Positions 42,788 to 54,415 are shown, numbered from the stretch's first letter. The stretch is 64,000 bases of DNA from Deltaproteobacteria bacterium (GCA_016874845.1 VGSZ01000003.1:3146-67145), one strand, 5' to 3'. Translations and numbers: made by a program. The notes: a model not told the origin generated them from the letters alone.

Positions 42788-45049
42788 ATGTTCGACACCC
42801 TCGCGTCCCAGTCCTCGCTCGTCGCCGTGATCGTGTGCGTCGCGTCGGCGGTGGCGCTGCTGCTGCGCTCGACGCAGGGCTCGTCGGTGCGCTTCGCCGG
42901 ATTCGCCACCGCCGTCGGCCTTTACCACGCGTCGTTCCTCGCGGCCGCCGTCGCCGGCGACCCTTCGCTGTACCAGTCGGTGCGCATCCCGCTGGCCGCC
43001 GGCGTGGTCGTCGCCGCCGACTCGTTCTTCGACGGCATCCTTGGCGAGCGCAGCTTCGCGGTGCGTCGTCGTCGTCGCACGCTGTTCACCGCGGTGCTCA
43101 TCGCGCTGGTGGCGCTGACGCCGGCGCTCGAGCTCCCTGGCGTCACGGCGGCGCTGTCGACGTTGTTGGTGGGCCTCCTGTGGGTCCGCCTCGCCGCCGT
43201 GCTGCGACAGGCGCGGCGCATCGACTCGGCGGCCGAGCGTACGCGCCTGCGCACCCTCGCCGTCGCCGGCATAATCGCGGCTCTGTTCTCGGCCCTCGAC
43301 CTGCTCGCGTTGGCGGGGCTGCCGGTGCCGACCATCGGTGGCATGATCGCTGCGCTGTACGTCTATTTCCTGTCGCAGGCGATCCTGTCGTCGCGCCTGC
43401 TCGACCTGCACGAGCTCCTCGGCAAGGTGCTTGTGTTCGGCTCGCTCGCGTTGATCCTCGCCGTCGTCTACGGCTTCCTGTTCCTGTGGGTCGGCGACCG
43501 CCGCGGGTTCTTCCTGTCGAATACGCTGGTGGCGTCGTCGTTGATCCTCATCCTGTTCGAGCCGGTGAAGGTCCGGCTCGAGGAGACCGCGGCGCGCGTG
43601 TTCTTTCGCGAGCAGCTGACGTTCTCGCGCGGCCTGCGCCGGCTGGTGCCGCGGCTCATGACCACCATCGAGCTGCCCCACGCCTTCGCCGCGATCCTCG
43701 ACGAGATCTACGAGGCCAAGCGCGCGACCCACGCGAGCATCTACCTGCTCGACCAGCGCGGCGTCGCCTTCACGCTGCAGGACCACCGCGGGCCCGAGCC
43801 GGTGCGCACCCTCGACGGCAACAGCCACCCGGCGCTCGTCGCGTTCCTGCTGAAGGCACAGACGCCGCTGCTGCGCGAGGCGCTGACCCGTCGGCTGGCC
43901 GCCGGCGAGGGGTTGGTGGACGACGACAAGAGCCAGGAGCCGCTGGCGCAGGAGAAGGCGCTCGTCGCCGGGCTCGACGCGCTCGTCGCCGATCTGGTCG
44001 TGCCGCTGCGCGTGCAGGGCAACGTCGTCGGCTTCCTGTGCCTGCGCGATGAGCGGCTGGCCGACGCCTACGCCTCCGACGAGATCGCGGCGCTGATCGC
44101 CGTCGCCGACCAGCTGGCCATCAACGTCGAGAACAGCCGCCTGTTCGGCGTGCTGCGCGAGCGCGACCGGCTGGCGGCGCTTGGCGAGATGAGCGCCGGT
44201 CTCGCCCACGAGATCAGGAACCCGCTGGCGGCCATCAAGGGCGCCGCGCAGGAGCTCGATCCGAGGAAGCTGAAGGGTGACGACAAGGAGCTGATGGAGA
44301 TCATCATCGATGAGGTAAACCGGCTGAACGGCGTCGTCAGCGAATTCCTCGACTACGCGCGCCCGTTTCGCGGCACGTTCGTCGGTCTGAGCGTCAATGA
44401 CGCGGTCAAGCGCACGGCGCAGCTGATGCAGCACGACCTGGCCGAGATGCAGATCGGCGTCGAGCTCGCCGACGACCTGCCCGACGTGAGCGGCGACTCT
44501 GAGCGGCTGCAGCAGGTGCTCATCAACCTGGTGCTGAACGCCGCCGAGGCGACGGACCGCAAGGGCAGGGTGCAGCTGACGACGCGGGTGGTCGAGAGCT
44601 TCAAGGACGCCGCGCTCCTCGGCTTGAAGGCGCCGACGCGGTCGGTGGAGATCGTCGTCAAGGACGATGGGCCGGGCGTCGCCGCGGCGGTGCAGCAGCA
44701 GATCTTCATCCCGTTCTTCACGACGAAGGAGCGCGGCACCGGCCTCGGCCTCGCGCTGTGCCAGCGGATCGTGCAGCACCACGGCGGGCAGATCGAGGTC
44801 CGCTCCGTCGAGGCGCCGGCCAGGGACCACGGCGCCACCTTCATCGTGCGGCTGCCGGCGCTGCCGCGGCGCGACAAGGACAAGACCGACAAGCCCGTCC
44901 TCGCTGACGACGTCCGCGGCGCTGTCGACAAGGGTGACAAGAAGGACAAGCCCGACAAGTCCGACAAGCCAGACAAGAGGGACCGGCGCGACAAGAAGAA
45001 GGACAAGGATCCCGAGCGCCCAGCGCCGACGTCGCCGCCGTCGCGCTGA
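42788..45049 (+). CDS. Sensor histidine kinase (multi-TM N-terminal sensor, GAF-like domain, HisKA, HATPase_c) with Lys/Asp-rich C-terminal tail
   Basis: ~6 N-terminal TM helices. H-box EMSAGLAHEIRNPL. N-box LVLNAAEAT. G-boxes DDGPGV...GTGLGLALC. C-terminal DKDKTDKP...DKKDKPDKSDKPDKRDRRDKKKDKD. Confidence 0.85.
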   Translation: MFDTLASQSSLVAVIVCVASAVALLLRSTQGSSVRFAGFATAVGLYHASFLAAAVAGDPSLYQSVRIPLAAGVVVAADSFFDGILGERSFAVRRRRRTLFTAVLIALVALTPALELPGVTAALSTLLVGLLWVRLAAVLRQARRIDSAAERTRLRTLAVAGIIAALFSALDLLALAGLPVPTIGGMIAALYVYFLSQAILSSRLLDLHELLGKVLVFGSLALILAVVYGFLFLWVGDRRGFFLSNTLVASSLILILFEPVKVRLEETAARVFFREQLTFSRGLRRLVPRLMTTIELPHAFAAILDEIYEAKRATHASIYLLDQRGVAFTLQDHRGPEPVRTLDGNSHPALVAFLLKAQTPLLREALTRRLAAGEGLVDDDKSQEPLAQEKALVAGLDALVADLVVPLRVQGNVVGFLCLRDERLADAYASDEIAALIAVADQLAINVENSRLFGVLRERDRLAALGEMSAGLAHEIRNPLAAIKGAAQELDPRKLKGDDKELMEIIIDEVNRLNGVVSEFLDYARPFRGTFVGLSVNDAVKRTAQLMQHDLAEMQIGVELADDLPDVSGDSERLQQVLINLVLNAAEATDRKGRVQLTTRVVESFKDAALLGLKAPTRSVEIVVKDDGPGVAAAVQQQIFIPFFTTKERGTGLGLALCQRIVQHHGGQIEVRSVEAPARDHGATFIVRLPALPRRDKDKTDKPVLADDVRGAVDKGDKKDKPDKSDKPDKRDRRDKKKDKDPERPAPTSPPSR

Positions 45050-45068
45050 GATGTGCTAACCGGACGAC

Positions 45069-46616
<1,548 letters not shown>

Positions 46617-46647
46617 CCCGACGTCGGGCGGCTCCCTAACGTGCCGT

Positions 46648-47970
46648 ATGCTTCGCGCGGTGCGTCCCTTCGTCCTCGTCGCCTCTCTCTCGGCGCTGGT
46701 CTCGCCGCCGGGGGCGCGCGCCGCCGGCATCACTGAGGTCGCCGACGCCGCCGAAGAGGACAACCCCATCGACATCGCTGCCGACGTCTCGTTCGACATC
46801 CTGCGGCACACGGGGGTGATCACGCGCGAGAACACGCAGCCCGCGCCCGAAGACCCGGACGGCGCGCCGCGCACGGCCAACGTGAAGGAGCTCGCCTACG
46901 AGCGCCTGCGCTACCGCCTGAAGCCGCGGCTTGAGGTCGGGGTCTTTCGCGACCTGTCGCTGTTCACCGAGTGGCCCGTGATCTTGTGGGACGCGCAGAC
47001 CACGCAGTTCACCGACGGCACGACCAGCGCCAACAGCACGCTCACCCGCGATCTCGCGCCCAACGCCTCGCCCACCGTCGACGACTGGCCGCAGGTAGAG
47101 GGTGCGGGCAACAACCGCCCCGAGATCCAGGAAGGCACCGGCGTCGACACCGCCTTTGGCTTTCCGAAGAACGGCTACAACAACTGGCGGGTCGGGGCCG
47201 ACGGCACGTGGGCGGGGTACCGCCGCGGCCTCGACAACCCGACGTTCGGCCTGCGCTGGTCGCCGACGAGCAACCACCGCGACGAGACCAAGCCGACCAT
47301 CACGCTGCAGGCTGATTACACGGCGCCGTTCTTCGACTTCATGGACCCGACCACCGACGCGCTCGAGGACCCGGCGAGCCCCGGCCCCGTCGCCAACGGG
47401 CTGCACCGCTTCCACTTCAGCGTGGCGATGTCCAAGCGCGTGCTCCTGCTCGATCCGTACTTTCTCGTCGAGTACACGATCCCGTTCACCGGCGGTCGCG
47501 ACCAGCACCTGCTCGGGATGTTCCCCCGGCAGAACGGCGCGTTCATCGCCGGGCTCGAGATCGTCCCCTACGAGGACAGGCAGCGGCAGCAGAAGGTCGC
47601 CTTTGAGGTGCAGGCCATGGCGCGCTACTTCAGCGAGGGCCGCGACTACTCCGAGGTATCCGACCTGTTCCGGGAGCAGACCTACACCGACCAGTTCCTG
47701 CGCACCGGCGGCGAGATCGGGTTCGTGTACAGCGCGCTGCGCATCGTCAGCATCGACCTGCGCGGTGTCCTCAACTACGACACCGAGCACTTCCTCACGA
47801 TCGAGGACTTCGGTCGGGACCTCGACGATGCCAACGACAAGGTCGACCTGCGCGATCCCGCCGAGCGCAACGTCTACTTCAACCCCGCCCTGGACACCGT
47901 GGGCCGGCGCCTGCGCATCGAGCAGTCGCTGCTGATGGGGTTTCAGGCTCGTGTCTCACTGACCTTTTGA
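46648..47970 (+). CDS. Secreted protein, probable outer-membrane beta-barrel (C-terminal ...VSLTF)
   Basis: ATG at MLRAVRPFVLVASLSALVSPPGARAAG (signal peptide). Alternating amphipathic beta-like segments. The terminal aromatic Phe is typical of an OMP. 440 aa. Confidence 0.55.
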   Translation: MLRAVRPFVLVASLSALVSPPGARAAGITEVADAAEEDNPIDIAADVSFDILRHTGVITRENTQPAPEDPDGAPRTANVKELAYERLRYRLKPRLEVGVFRDLSLFTEWPVILWDAQTTQFTDGTTSANSTLTRDLAPNASPTVDDWPQVEGAGNNRPEIQEGTGVDTAFGFPKNGYNNWRVGADGTWAGYRRGLDNPTFGLRWSPTSNHRDETKPTITLQADYTAPFFDFMDPTTDALEDPASPGPVANGLHRFHFSVAMSKRVLLLDPYFLVEYTIPFTGGRDQHLLGMFPRQNGAFIAGLEIVPYEDRQRQQKVAFEVQAMARYFSEGRDYSEVSDLFREQTYTDQFLRTGGEIGFVYSALRIVSIDLRGVLNYDTEHFLTIEDFGRDLDDANDKVDLRDPAERNVYFNPALDTVGRRLRIEQSLLMGFQARVSLTF

Positions 47971-48033
47971 CCTCCCTCAGCGCGTCGCACGTCCTGCCAT
48001 GCTCGCGATCGTGACGCGCAGCGAGCCCCGCCG

Positions 48034-49368
48034 ATGACCGACGACCGCACCCGCGATCCGCTCGCGCCCCCGGGCTCCGCTGCGTCGACGCCGCGGGCGC
48101 CGCGGGTGGTCGAGGACGTGACCGCGCCCGTCGCCGCGCCCGCCCGACTCAAGCCGTTCGCCGAGCTCAGCGGCTTCTCGACCTCGACGCCCGCGGCGCC
48201 CGCGGGCACCGCGGTCACGCGCGCCCCGACGGCATCGCCGCCGAGCGTCCCCGGCGGGGTGCGGGGGATCGTCGACGTCACCGCGCCGACCCGCGCCGCG
48301 CAGCCGCGTCCGTCGTCCGGTACGCCGTCGCCGTCGTCGCTGGATCCACCGCTGCCGCCGCTGCGGCCATCGACGCGCCCCACGACGGGTGAGACGTCAA
48401 GCCCGACGCGCGCGGTCTCGTCGTCGCTGGAGCCGGCGCGGCCGTCGTCGCGCCCGACCAAGGGCGAGACGCCCGGGTCGGGCGCCCTCGACCCGTCGGC
48501 CGAGCCCTCGGGCCCGTCGCGCCATCGTCCACAGCGAGGCGCCGCCGAGGTGCCGGATGCGGCGCCCGCGTGGCGTAAGTGGGGGATGGCGCTCGTGGGC
48601 GGCGTCGCGGTGGTCACCACGCTGCGCTGGTTCACGGCGTCGGCGCCGAGCGCCGCGCTCGAGCCCACCGACGTGAAGGCCGTCAACCGGGCGTGGCTCG
48701 CCGACGGGGTCGCCGCCGCCGGGGGCCGTCGGCCGGCCGACGGCGTCACTGCTGCGGTCGAGCGCGTGGCGCGCTCCCTCGCGCCCGGCCTCGCGGGCAG
48801 CGTCGCACCCGAAGTCGCCGCGGTGGTCGTCGTTGGCGGCCAGGAGCCCACTCTGTTCTGCTTGCCCGACGGCACCGCGGTCGTGAACCAGGCGATGCTC
48901 GCGCGCCTGAAGACCGAGGGCGAGCTCGCGGCGTTGCTGGCCCATGCGCTGGCCCACGTCGTCCGCGGCGACGCCGCCCGCCAGCTCGCGCCGGCGCTGC
49001 GTGCGACGCAACCGGGCCCTGAGGCCGCGGGGCCGTCGGCCAAGGTGGCGTCGGCGACGCTGGCGTCGGCGGCGTCGGTGGCTCTGGCGAAGCGGTTCGT
49101 CGCCGACGACGAGCCGGACGTCGATCGCATCGCCGTCGCCCTGCTGAAGAAGGCGGGCTGGAGCCCGCAGCACTACGGCCCGGCGCTCGAGCGCACGCTG
49201 ACGCCGTCGTTGACGCCGTGGGCGGCCCAGCACGCGGTGACCGCCGCCCGCACGGCGCCGCCTTCGGGCATCGAGAGCGGGCGCGGCGACGGCCCCGAGT
49301 ACGCCCAGGAGGTCCTGCGGCCGCTCGGCGCGGCAAAGCCCCCGGTGAAGACGACGCCGACGCGGTGA
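48034..49368 (+). CDS. Hypothetical protein with M48-peptidase-like segment carrying a degenerate zinc motif (HALAH instead of HExxH)
   Basis: ...EGELAALLAHALAHVVRGDAARQL resembles the M48 ALLAHELGH motif but lacks the catalytic Glu. The N-terminal Pro/Ser-rich region is followed by one TM helix. 444 aa. High GC3. Confidence 0.5.
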   Translation: MTDDRTRDPLAPPGSAASTPRAPRVVEDVTAPVAAPARLKPFAELSGFSTSTPAAPAGTAVTRAPTASPPSVPGGVRGIVDVTAPTRAAQPRPSSGTPSPSSLDPPLPPLRPSTRPTTGETSSPTRAVSSSLEPARPSSRPTKGETPGSGALDPSAEPSGPSRHRPQRGAAEVPDAAPAWRKWGMALVGGVAVVTTLRWFTASAPSAALEPTDVKAVNRAWLADGVAAAGGRRPADGVTAAVERVARSLAPGLAGSVAPEVAAVVVVGGQEPTLFCLPDGTAVVNQAMLARLKTEGELAALLAHALAHVVRGDAARQLAPALRATQPGPEAAGPSAKVASATLASAASVALAKRFVADDEPDVDRIAVALLKKAGWSPQHYGPALERTLTPSLTPWAAQHAVTAARTAPPSGIESGRGDGPEYAQEVLRPLGAAKPPVKTTPTR

Positions 49369-49390
49369 CCGCAGCGCCGCGCGCGCGCGG

Positions 49391-50557
49391 TCAGCTGCTC
49401 TCGTCGTCGTCGTCGGCGTCGTCCCCGGCGTCGCGGCCGCCGTCGACGAGCGCCTCGCGCAGGTCGTCGAGGGCGGCGAGCGCGGCGAGCAGCGCCTTCG
49501 CCGCGGCGTGGCCCTCGACGGGAGCGGCCAGCGCCGACGGACGCGCCAGCAGCCGCAGCGCGGCGTCGGCGCCCGTCACGTCGCTGCCCGCCGCCGGGCT
49601 GTCGTCGTCGGGCAGGCCGCGCGCGGCGCGGGCGCGGTCGTCGGCGGCTAGCAGGGCCATCGCGGCGTCGGCGGCCTGCTGCAGCGCGCGCTTCACCTCG
49701 CCGGCGCCGCTGCCGTCCTGGGCGGCCTGGAGCCGCGCGTAGGCCTCGCGCACGGGGATGCCCTGCGCCTCGGCCAGCCGGCGCGCCTTGTCCTTCGGCG
49801 ACAGCGTCGGGTCGGCGGCCAGCCGGGCGACGTCGAGCGGCACGTGCGCCGGCGCCGCGCTCGCCGCGCCGGCCTCGACGACGACGACGACCTCGCCGCG
49901 GTCGACGAACGGCGGCGACAGCGCCGCGGCGCCCTGCTTCGCCAGCGCGCCGCGGTGGAAGGTCTCGTGCAGCTTGGTCAGCTCGCGGGCGACGACGACC
50001 CGGCGGGGGCCGCACCACGCGTGCAGGTCGACGAGCAGGTCGTCGGTGCGGTTGGCCGCCTCGTAGAGCACGACGCCGAGGCCGGCGTCGGTGGCGGCCT
50101 TCACGAGCGTCTCGCGCTCCTTGCCCTTGCGCGGCAAAAAACCGAGGAACGCGAAGCGCGCGACGTCGACGCCGGCGCCCATCAGCGCCGCGGTCAGCGC
50201 CGACGGCCCGGGCAGCACCTCGACCTCGACGCCGGCGGCCGCCACCGCCTCGACGAGCCGGCCGCCGGGGTCGGACACGCCGGGGCAGCCAGCGTCGGAC
50301 ACGAAGCACACGCGCGTCCCCTGCTGCAGCAGGGCGACGACCTCGGGGGCGCGCTCGCGCTCGTTGTGGGCGTGCACGCTGAGCAGGCGCGCGCCCGACG
50401 CGCCGACGCGGTCAAGCAGCGGTCGCGTGTGGCGCGTGTCCTCGGCGCAGACGACGGCGGCGAGCTTCAGGGCCTCGACGGCGCGCGACGACAGGTCACC
50501 GACGTTGCCGATGGGCGTGGCCACCACCTGCAGCTTTGCCTGCGCGGCGTCGGACAT
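49391..50557 (-). CDS. rsmI: 16S rRNA (cytidine1402-2'-O)-methyltransferase RsmI (tetrapyrrole-methylase fold) with ~100-aa acidic C-terminal extension
   Basis: KLQVVATPIGNVGDLSSRAVEALKLAAVVCAEDTRHTRPLL...VCFVSDAGCPGVSDPG...LPGPSAL are RsmI signature blocks. ATG at MSDAAQAK. Confidence 0.8.
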   Translation of the reverse strand: MSDAAQAKLQVVATPIGNVGDLSSRAVEALKLAAVVCAEDTRHTRPLLDRVGASGARLLSVHAHNERERAPEVVALLQQGTRVCFVSDAGCPGVSDPGGRLVEAVAAAGVEVEVLPGPSALTAALMGAGVDVARFAFLGFLPRKGKERETLVKAATDAGLGVVLYEAANRTDDLLVDLHAWCGPRRVVVARELTKLHETFHRGALAKQGAAALSPPFVDRGEVVVVVEAGAASAAPAHVPLDVARLAADPTLSPKDKARRLAEAQGIPVREAYARLQAAQDGSGAGEVKRALQQAADAAMALLAADDRARAARGLPDDDSPAAGSDVTGADAALRLLARPSALAAPVEGHAAAKALLAALAALDDLREALVDGGRDAGDDADDDDESS

Positions 50558-50558
50558 C

Positions 50559-51392
50559 TCAGCGGGCCTCGGCGTTGGCGCCGGTTGGGGCGGTCGCGGC
50601 GGCATGCTCGGCGTCGAGGACGGGCGCGGCTTCGGCGAACGACGTCACGACGCCGTCGACCAGCTCGATCTGCAGCGCCCCGTAGCGGCAGGTCTCTCTG
50701 GTCCGCCGTGCGCCGCCGTCGCCGTCGGCGTCCTGCGGGCGCCGTTCGATGCGGTCGGGGAAGCCCAGCGCCGACGTCAGCGCCTCGTAGGTCATGCCGA
50801 GGGCGGGCTTCTTCTGCTCGATGCCGACCTGCCAGGCGTCGGGCAGCGAGACGAGCCAAGGGTTCGGGTCGGTGTCGGAGAGCGACGCCGCGAACCACTC
50901 CTCGAACGTCGCCTCGTCGTGCAGGCCGCCGGGCAACAGCAGGATGTGGCGCTCGTTGCGCTCGACGGTGACGTCGGAGCCACGCTCGCGGGCGACGCGC
51001 AGGAAGATCCACGTCGTGTAGCGCGGCGTGTACAGCGGTCGACGGAACACGGCGTCGCCGTCGGGCCACTCGAGCCGCTCGACCCGCACCCGTGTGCCCG
51101 CCGGGATGATCTCATCGGCGGGCGGCGGCACGAGAGGGGCGCCCTCGACGGTCCGCAGGTACGTCAGCTCCTCGAAGCGGCGCGGGTGCACCAGCCGGTA
51201 GCGGTCGTCGTCGTAGAAGCGCCCGGCGTACAGCGACTGCTTCAGGTACAGCAGCTCGCCGGCGTGCCGCTCGTCGAGGCGCGCGCGCGCGTCGTCGGGG
51301 ATGACCGTGTAGCTTGGGCAGGCCGCCGTGGCGCCCATCCACGGCACGAGCAGAGTGAGCAGGACCGGGGCGACGCGACGAAGACACCGCAT
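50559..51392 (-). CDS. Hypothetical secreted/lipoprotein (277 aa)
   Basis: ATG at MRCLRRVAPVLLTLLVPWMGATAACPSYT (signal peptide with Cys). A consistent coding frame follows. Upstream ORF residues are Ser/Thr/Cys-rich junk. Confidence 0.5.
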   Translation of the reverse strand: MRCLRRVAPVLLTLLVPWMGATAACPSYTVIPDDARARLDERHAGELLYLKQSLYAGRFYDDDRYRLVHPRRFEELTYLRTVEGAPLVPPPADEIIPAGTRVRVERLEWPDGDAVFRRPLYTPRYTTWIFLRVARERGSDVTVERNERHILLLPGGLHDEATFEEWFAASLSDTDPNPWLVSLPDAWQVGIEQKKPALGMTYEALTSALGFPDRIERRPQDADGDGGARRTRETCRYGALQIELVDGVVTSFAEAAPVLDAEHAAATAPTGANAEAR

Positions 51393-51465
51393 GGGGTCGT
51401 GTTGCACGGCGCGCCCGACGGCGACAAGGGCCCGGCGCCGTCGACGCCGGACCCTGGTCGCTCTC

Positions 51466-52158
51466 CTACGGCGTGGGCCCCGGTCGCCTTTGCGAAAACA
51501 GCCAGTCCCACAGCGGGTCGTGGGCGAAGGCGTGGCGCCACACGTCGTGACCGACGTCGCGCAGCTCGGTGAAGCGCGCGTCTCCCCGGCCAGCCAGCCG
51601 GGCGAGCAGCGCCCGGGTGTTGTCGGGTGGCACCAGCGCGTCGGCGTGCCCGCACACCGCCCACACCGGCAGACCGGCGAGCTCATCGACGACGGCGTCG
51701 GTGACGTCGACGTCGCCGGCGATGGGGACGACGGCGGCGAACAGGTCACGCCGGCGCCGCGCTAGATCCCAAAGCCCGATGGCGCCCATCGAGAAGCCCA
51801 CGCCATAGACCCGGCTCGCGTCGACCGAGCGACGGCCGCGCAGCTCCTCGAGCAGGGCGACCAACGTGTCCTGCAGCGGCGTGCGCCCGCCGTACCAGCT
51901 GCCGCCGAACGTGTGCCCGCGCGGTGCCTGGGGCGCGACGACGATGCAGGAATGGCGACGACGGAAGCCCGGCGCCGACAGGGAGGCGAGGCCGTTCTTC
52001 AGCTGCGCGACGTTGTCATCGCCGCGCTCGCCGCTGCCGTGCAGCGACAGCACCAGCGGATAGCGCCGCTGGTCGGGGTCGTACGGCTCGGGCAGCAGCA
52101 CGCGGCAGGGCAGCCCCTGCAGGCGGTCGGCGTGCCACGAAGAGAGCGGCGGCAGCAT
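51466..52158 (-). CDS. Alpha/beta-hydrolase (phospholipase/carboxylesterase-type esterase)
   Basis: LVLSLHGSGERGDD. Nucleophile elbow GFSMGA. C-terminal His in GHADALVP...VGHDVW. 230 aa. Confidence 0.65.
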   Translation of the reverse strand: MLPPLSSWHADRLQGLPCRVLLPEPYDPDQRRYPLVLSLHGSGERGDDNVAQLKNGLASLSAPGFRRRHSCIVVAPQAPRGHTFGGSWYGGRTPLQDTLVALLEELRGRRSVDASRVYGVGFSMGAIGLWDLARRRRDLFAAVVPIAGDVDVTDAVVDELAGLPVWAVCGHADALVPPDNTRALLARLAGRGDARFTELRDVGHDVWRHAFAHDPLWDWLFSQRRPGPTP

Positions 52159-52183
52159 CGCGGGGGGATGGCGGCGGCGGCGA

Positions 52184-52546
52184 CTACGGGGTCGTGCCGC
52201 GCAGCCGCTCCTCCACGAGCCTCTGGACGATGCTCGCCGATGGCTCGAGCAGGCTGACGAACTCGATGCCCATGCCGTCGTCGGTGACGCGCACGACCTT
52301 GCCGAGCCCTTCGATGAGCGTGCCGCCGCCGGCGACGGTGAACTGGAAGTAGAACTCGACCCCGAGCGGCCGCCGCTCGGCGGTGCGCAGGAACATCCCC
52401 GACGTGCTGATGTTCACGCAGTGGAGCTGGCGGAACTCCTCGATCGACGACGTGCGCACCTGCACGAGGATGTCGAGCTGCACCCGCGGCGCACGCCGCT
52501 GCTCGAGCACGGGCCCCGCGGCGGGGGCGGCATCGGTTTTGTTCAT
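52184..52546 (-). CDS. PilZ-domain protein (putative c-di-GMP receptor)
   Basis: RRAPRVQLDILVQV (RxxxR) followed by NISTSGMFL (D/NxSxxG). 120 aa from MNKTDAAP. Confidence 0.6.
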   Translation of the reverse strand: MNKTDAAPAAGPVLEQRRAPRVQLDILVQVRTSSIEEFRQLHCVNISTSGMFLRTAERRPLGVEFYFQFTVAGGGTLIEGLGKVVRVTDDGMGIEFVSLLEPSASIVQRLVEERLRGTTP

Positions 52547-52609
52547 GACGCGCGCACCCTTCCAGAACCGCACGCGGCGGTCATCTCCCCACCGCCCGTG
52601 GTCCGTGGC

Positions 52610-53587
52610 ATGGTGACCCGGATGTCGATCCCCTCGCTGCTCTGCGTCGCTTCACTGCTGGCCGCCGCGACGCCGGCGTCGACACCGCTGGCGCCGACGC
52701 CGCCCGCGTCCAGCTCCACCGTGGCGTCCCCGCCCGCGGCGCCGAAGGACGCGTCGACCGCCGCGTCGGTCGCGAGCCCCCCGGCCCCGCCGCGCCCGCG
52801 CGTGCTGGTCCTCGACGTCGCTGGCGACCTCGACCCGAGCGCCCGGGCGACGCTGACGGCGCTGGTCACCGCCCGGCTCGCGCGCTTCGACGGACTCGAG
52901 GTCGTCGCCCGCGACAGCCTCGCTCGCCTCGTCGACGTCGAGGCCGACAAGCAGGCCGCCGGCTGCGCCGGCGACGACGGCGGCTGTCTGGCCGAGGTGG
53001 CCGGGGCGCTCGACGTCGACTATCTCGCCGTCGCCACGGCGGGGCAGCTGGGCGGGACGACGGTGTTCACGCTGCAGCTCGTCGACCGCGGCGGCAAGAC
53101 CAGCGGCCGCGGCACCGCGCAGGTGTCGGCCCTCGACGATCTGGCCGCCCGCGTCACCACCGTCATCGACGAGGTCGGCACGCAGGTCACCGGGGCGGCG
53201 CCTTCGTCCGGCGAGCCCGACGGCGGCGGCGCGCCCGGCGCGGCGCCGCCGTGGCCGACGACGTTGCCGGCGGGGGCGAAGTCGTCGCTGCTCGTCGCCG
53301 GCGGCGTCGGCGCCGGTGTCGGCGTGCTGGCGCTCGCGCTCGGGGTGACGCCGGCGGTGCTGTACTCGGGGGCGGCGGGCGGCCTGCGCACGCTGCGCGT
53401 CGACTACGTCGCAAGCGGCGGCGACCCGGCGCTGGTCGAGCGCGCCGGCGAGCGGCAGCAGGACGCCGTCGCCTTGCAGGGTCTGTGGAACAACGCTGGC
53501 ATCTACGCGGCGTGGGGTGGCTTCCTCGTCGCCGCGGCGGGCGGCGGAGCGATCGCCGCCGCGCTGCTCGTCCCGGAGGCGCCATGA
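52610..53587 (+). CDS. Hypothetical secreted protein: signal peptide, Pro/Ala/Ser-rich linker, globular region, C-terminal hydrophobic anchor
   Basis: ATG at MVTRMSIPSLLCVASLLAAATPAS. C-terminal ...GIYAAWGGFLVAAAGGGAIAAALLVPEAP. High GC3. Confidence 0.5.
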   Translation: MVTRMSIPSLLCVASLLAAATPASTPLAPTPPASSSTVASPPAAPKDASTAASVASPPAPPRPRVLVLDVAGDLDPSARATLTALVTARLARFDGLEVVARDSLARLVDVEADKQAAGCAGDDGGCLAEVAGALDVDYLAVATAGQLGGTTVFTLQLVDRGGKTSGRGTAQVSALDDLAARVTTVIDEVGTQVTGAAPSSGEPDGGGAPGAAPPWPTTLPAGAKSSLLVAGGVGAGVGVLALALGVTPAVLYSGAAGGLRTLRVDYVASGGDPALVERAGERQQDAVALQGLWNNAGIYAAWGGFLVAAAGGGAIAAALLVPEAP

Positions 53588-54309
53588 GCACGCCCGCCGC
53601 CACCCGGCTCCTCGCCCTCGCCATCGTCGTCGTCGTCGTCGGCGGCGGCTGTCCGATCACCGACAACCGCGATGGCATCGGGCGGCTCTGCTCCACCGCG
53701 GCCGCCTGCCCCATCGACCACTTCTGCCTGCTCGACGGCGAGGCCGACGACGACGGCGTCGTGGTGGGGCGCTGCGCGCCGGTGATCGACTACGGCGAGT
53801 GTCCGGCGCCGTCGTGGCCGGTGAAGGCCGGCCGGACGTTCGACGGCAGCCTCGACATCAAGGCCGAGGCCGACCTGCAGCAGCTCGCCGACGTCACCAC
53901 CGTGGGAGGTCGCCTGCGTCTGTTCGACGACGAGGGGGCGTCCCTCGCCCTCGGCGACCTCTGCCGGCTCTCGGGGCTGCAGCGCGTCGAGGACACCCTG
54001 ATCGTGTCCGAGACCGACGTGACCACGCTCGACGGCTTGCAGTCGCTGTCGATGGTCGCCGGCGGCATCGCCATCGTCGACAACCCGAACCTCGTCGACG
54101 TCCTCGGCCTTGCCAGCCTGCAGTTCGCGCTGGTGCCCCCGGGTCGCAACTTCGCCGTGCTGCTGGCGCGCAACGGCAACCTATCCATCGACGCCGTCAA
54201 TGAGCTGGAGGCCGCGCTCGCGCCGGCGGGCATCCGCGTCTTCGGCTGCGGCAACGACCGTGGGAGCCCCTGCACCGTCGACCTGACCGACCTGCTCGGC
54301 CAGCGCTGA
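53584..54309 (+). CDS. Lipoprotein with receptor-L-domain/leucine-rich-repeat-like region
   Basis: ATGA overlap with the upstream gene. Lipobox IVVVVVGGGC. Repeated L-x-x-L-x-x-V/I segments (LQQLADVTTVGGRLRLFD...LIVSETDVTTLDGLQSLSMVAGGIAIVDNPNL...). 241 aa. Confidence 0.55.
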   Translation: MSTPAATRLLALAIVVVVVGGGCPITDNRDGIGRLCSTAAACPIDHFCLLDGEADDDGVVVGRCAPVIDYGECPAPSWPVKAGRTFDGSLDIKAEADLQQLADVTTVGGRLRLFDDEGASLALGDLCRLSGLQRVEDTLIVSETDVTTLDGLQSLSMVAGGIAIVDNPNLVDVLGLASLQFALVPPGRNFAVLLARNGNLSIDAVNELEAALAPAGIRVFGCGNDRGSPCTVDLTDLLGQR

Positions 54310-54415
54310 CGGGCGCAGAGCGGGCGCAGAGCGGGCGCAGAGCGGGCGCAGAGCGGGCGCAGAACGGGCGCAGAACGGGCGCAGAACGGGCGCAGAACGG
54401 GCGCAGAACGGGCGC
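54310..54415 (+). repeat. 11-bp tandem repeat array, ~4x CGGGCGCAGAG followed by ~5x CGGGCGCAGAA, flanked on both sides by GCTGACGG
   Basis: Read directly. It begins immediately after the TGA of the lipoprotein gene and ends ~120 bp upstream of the rseP-like start. Confidence 0.9.

Noticed and set aside
54310-54415. CRISPR array
   Set aside because: The 11-bp units are contiguous with no spacers and far shorter than CRISPR repeats, so this is a simple tandem repeat. No cas genes are in the window.
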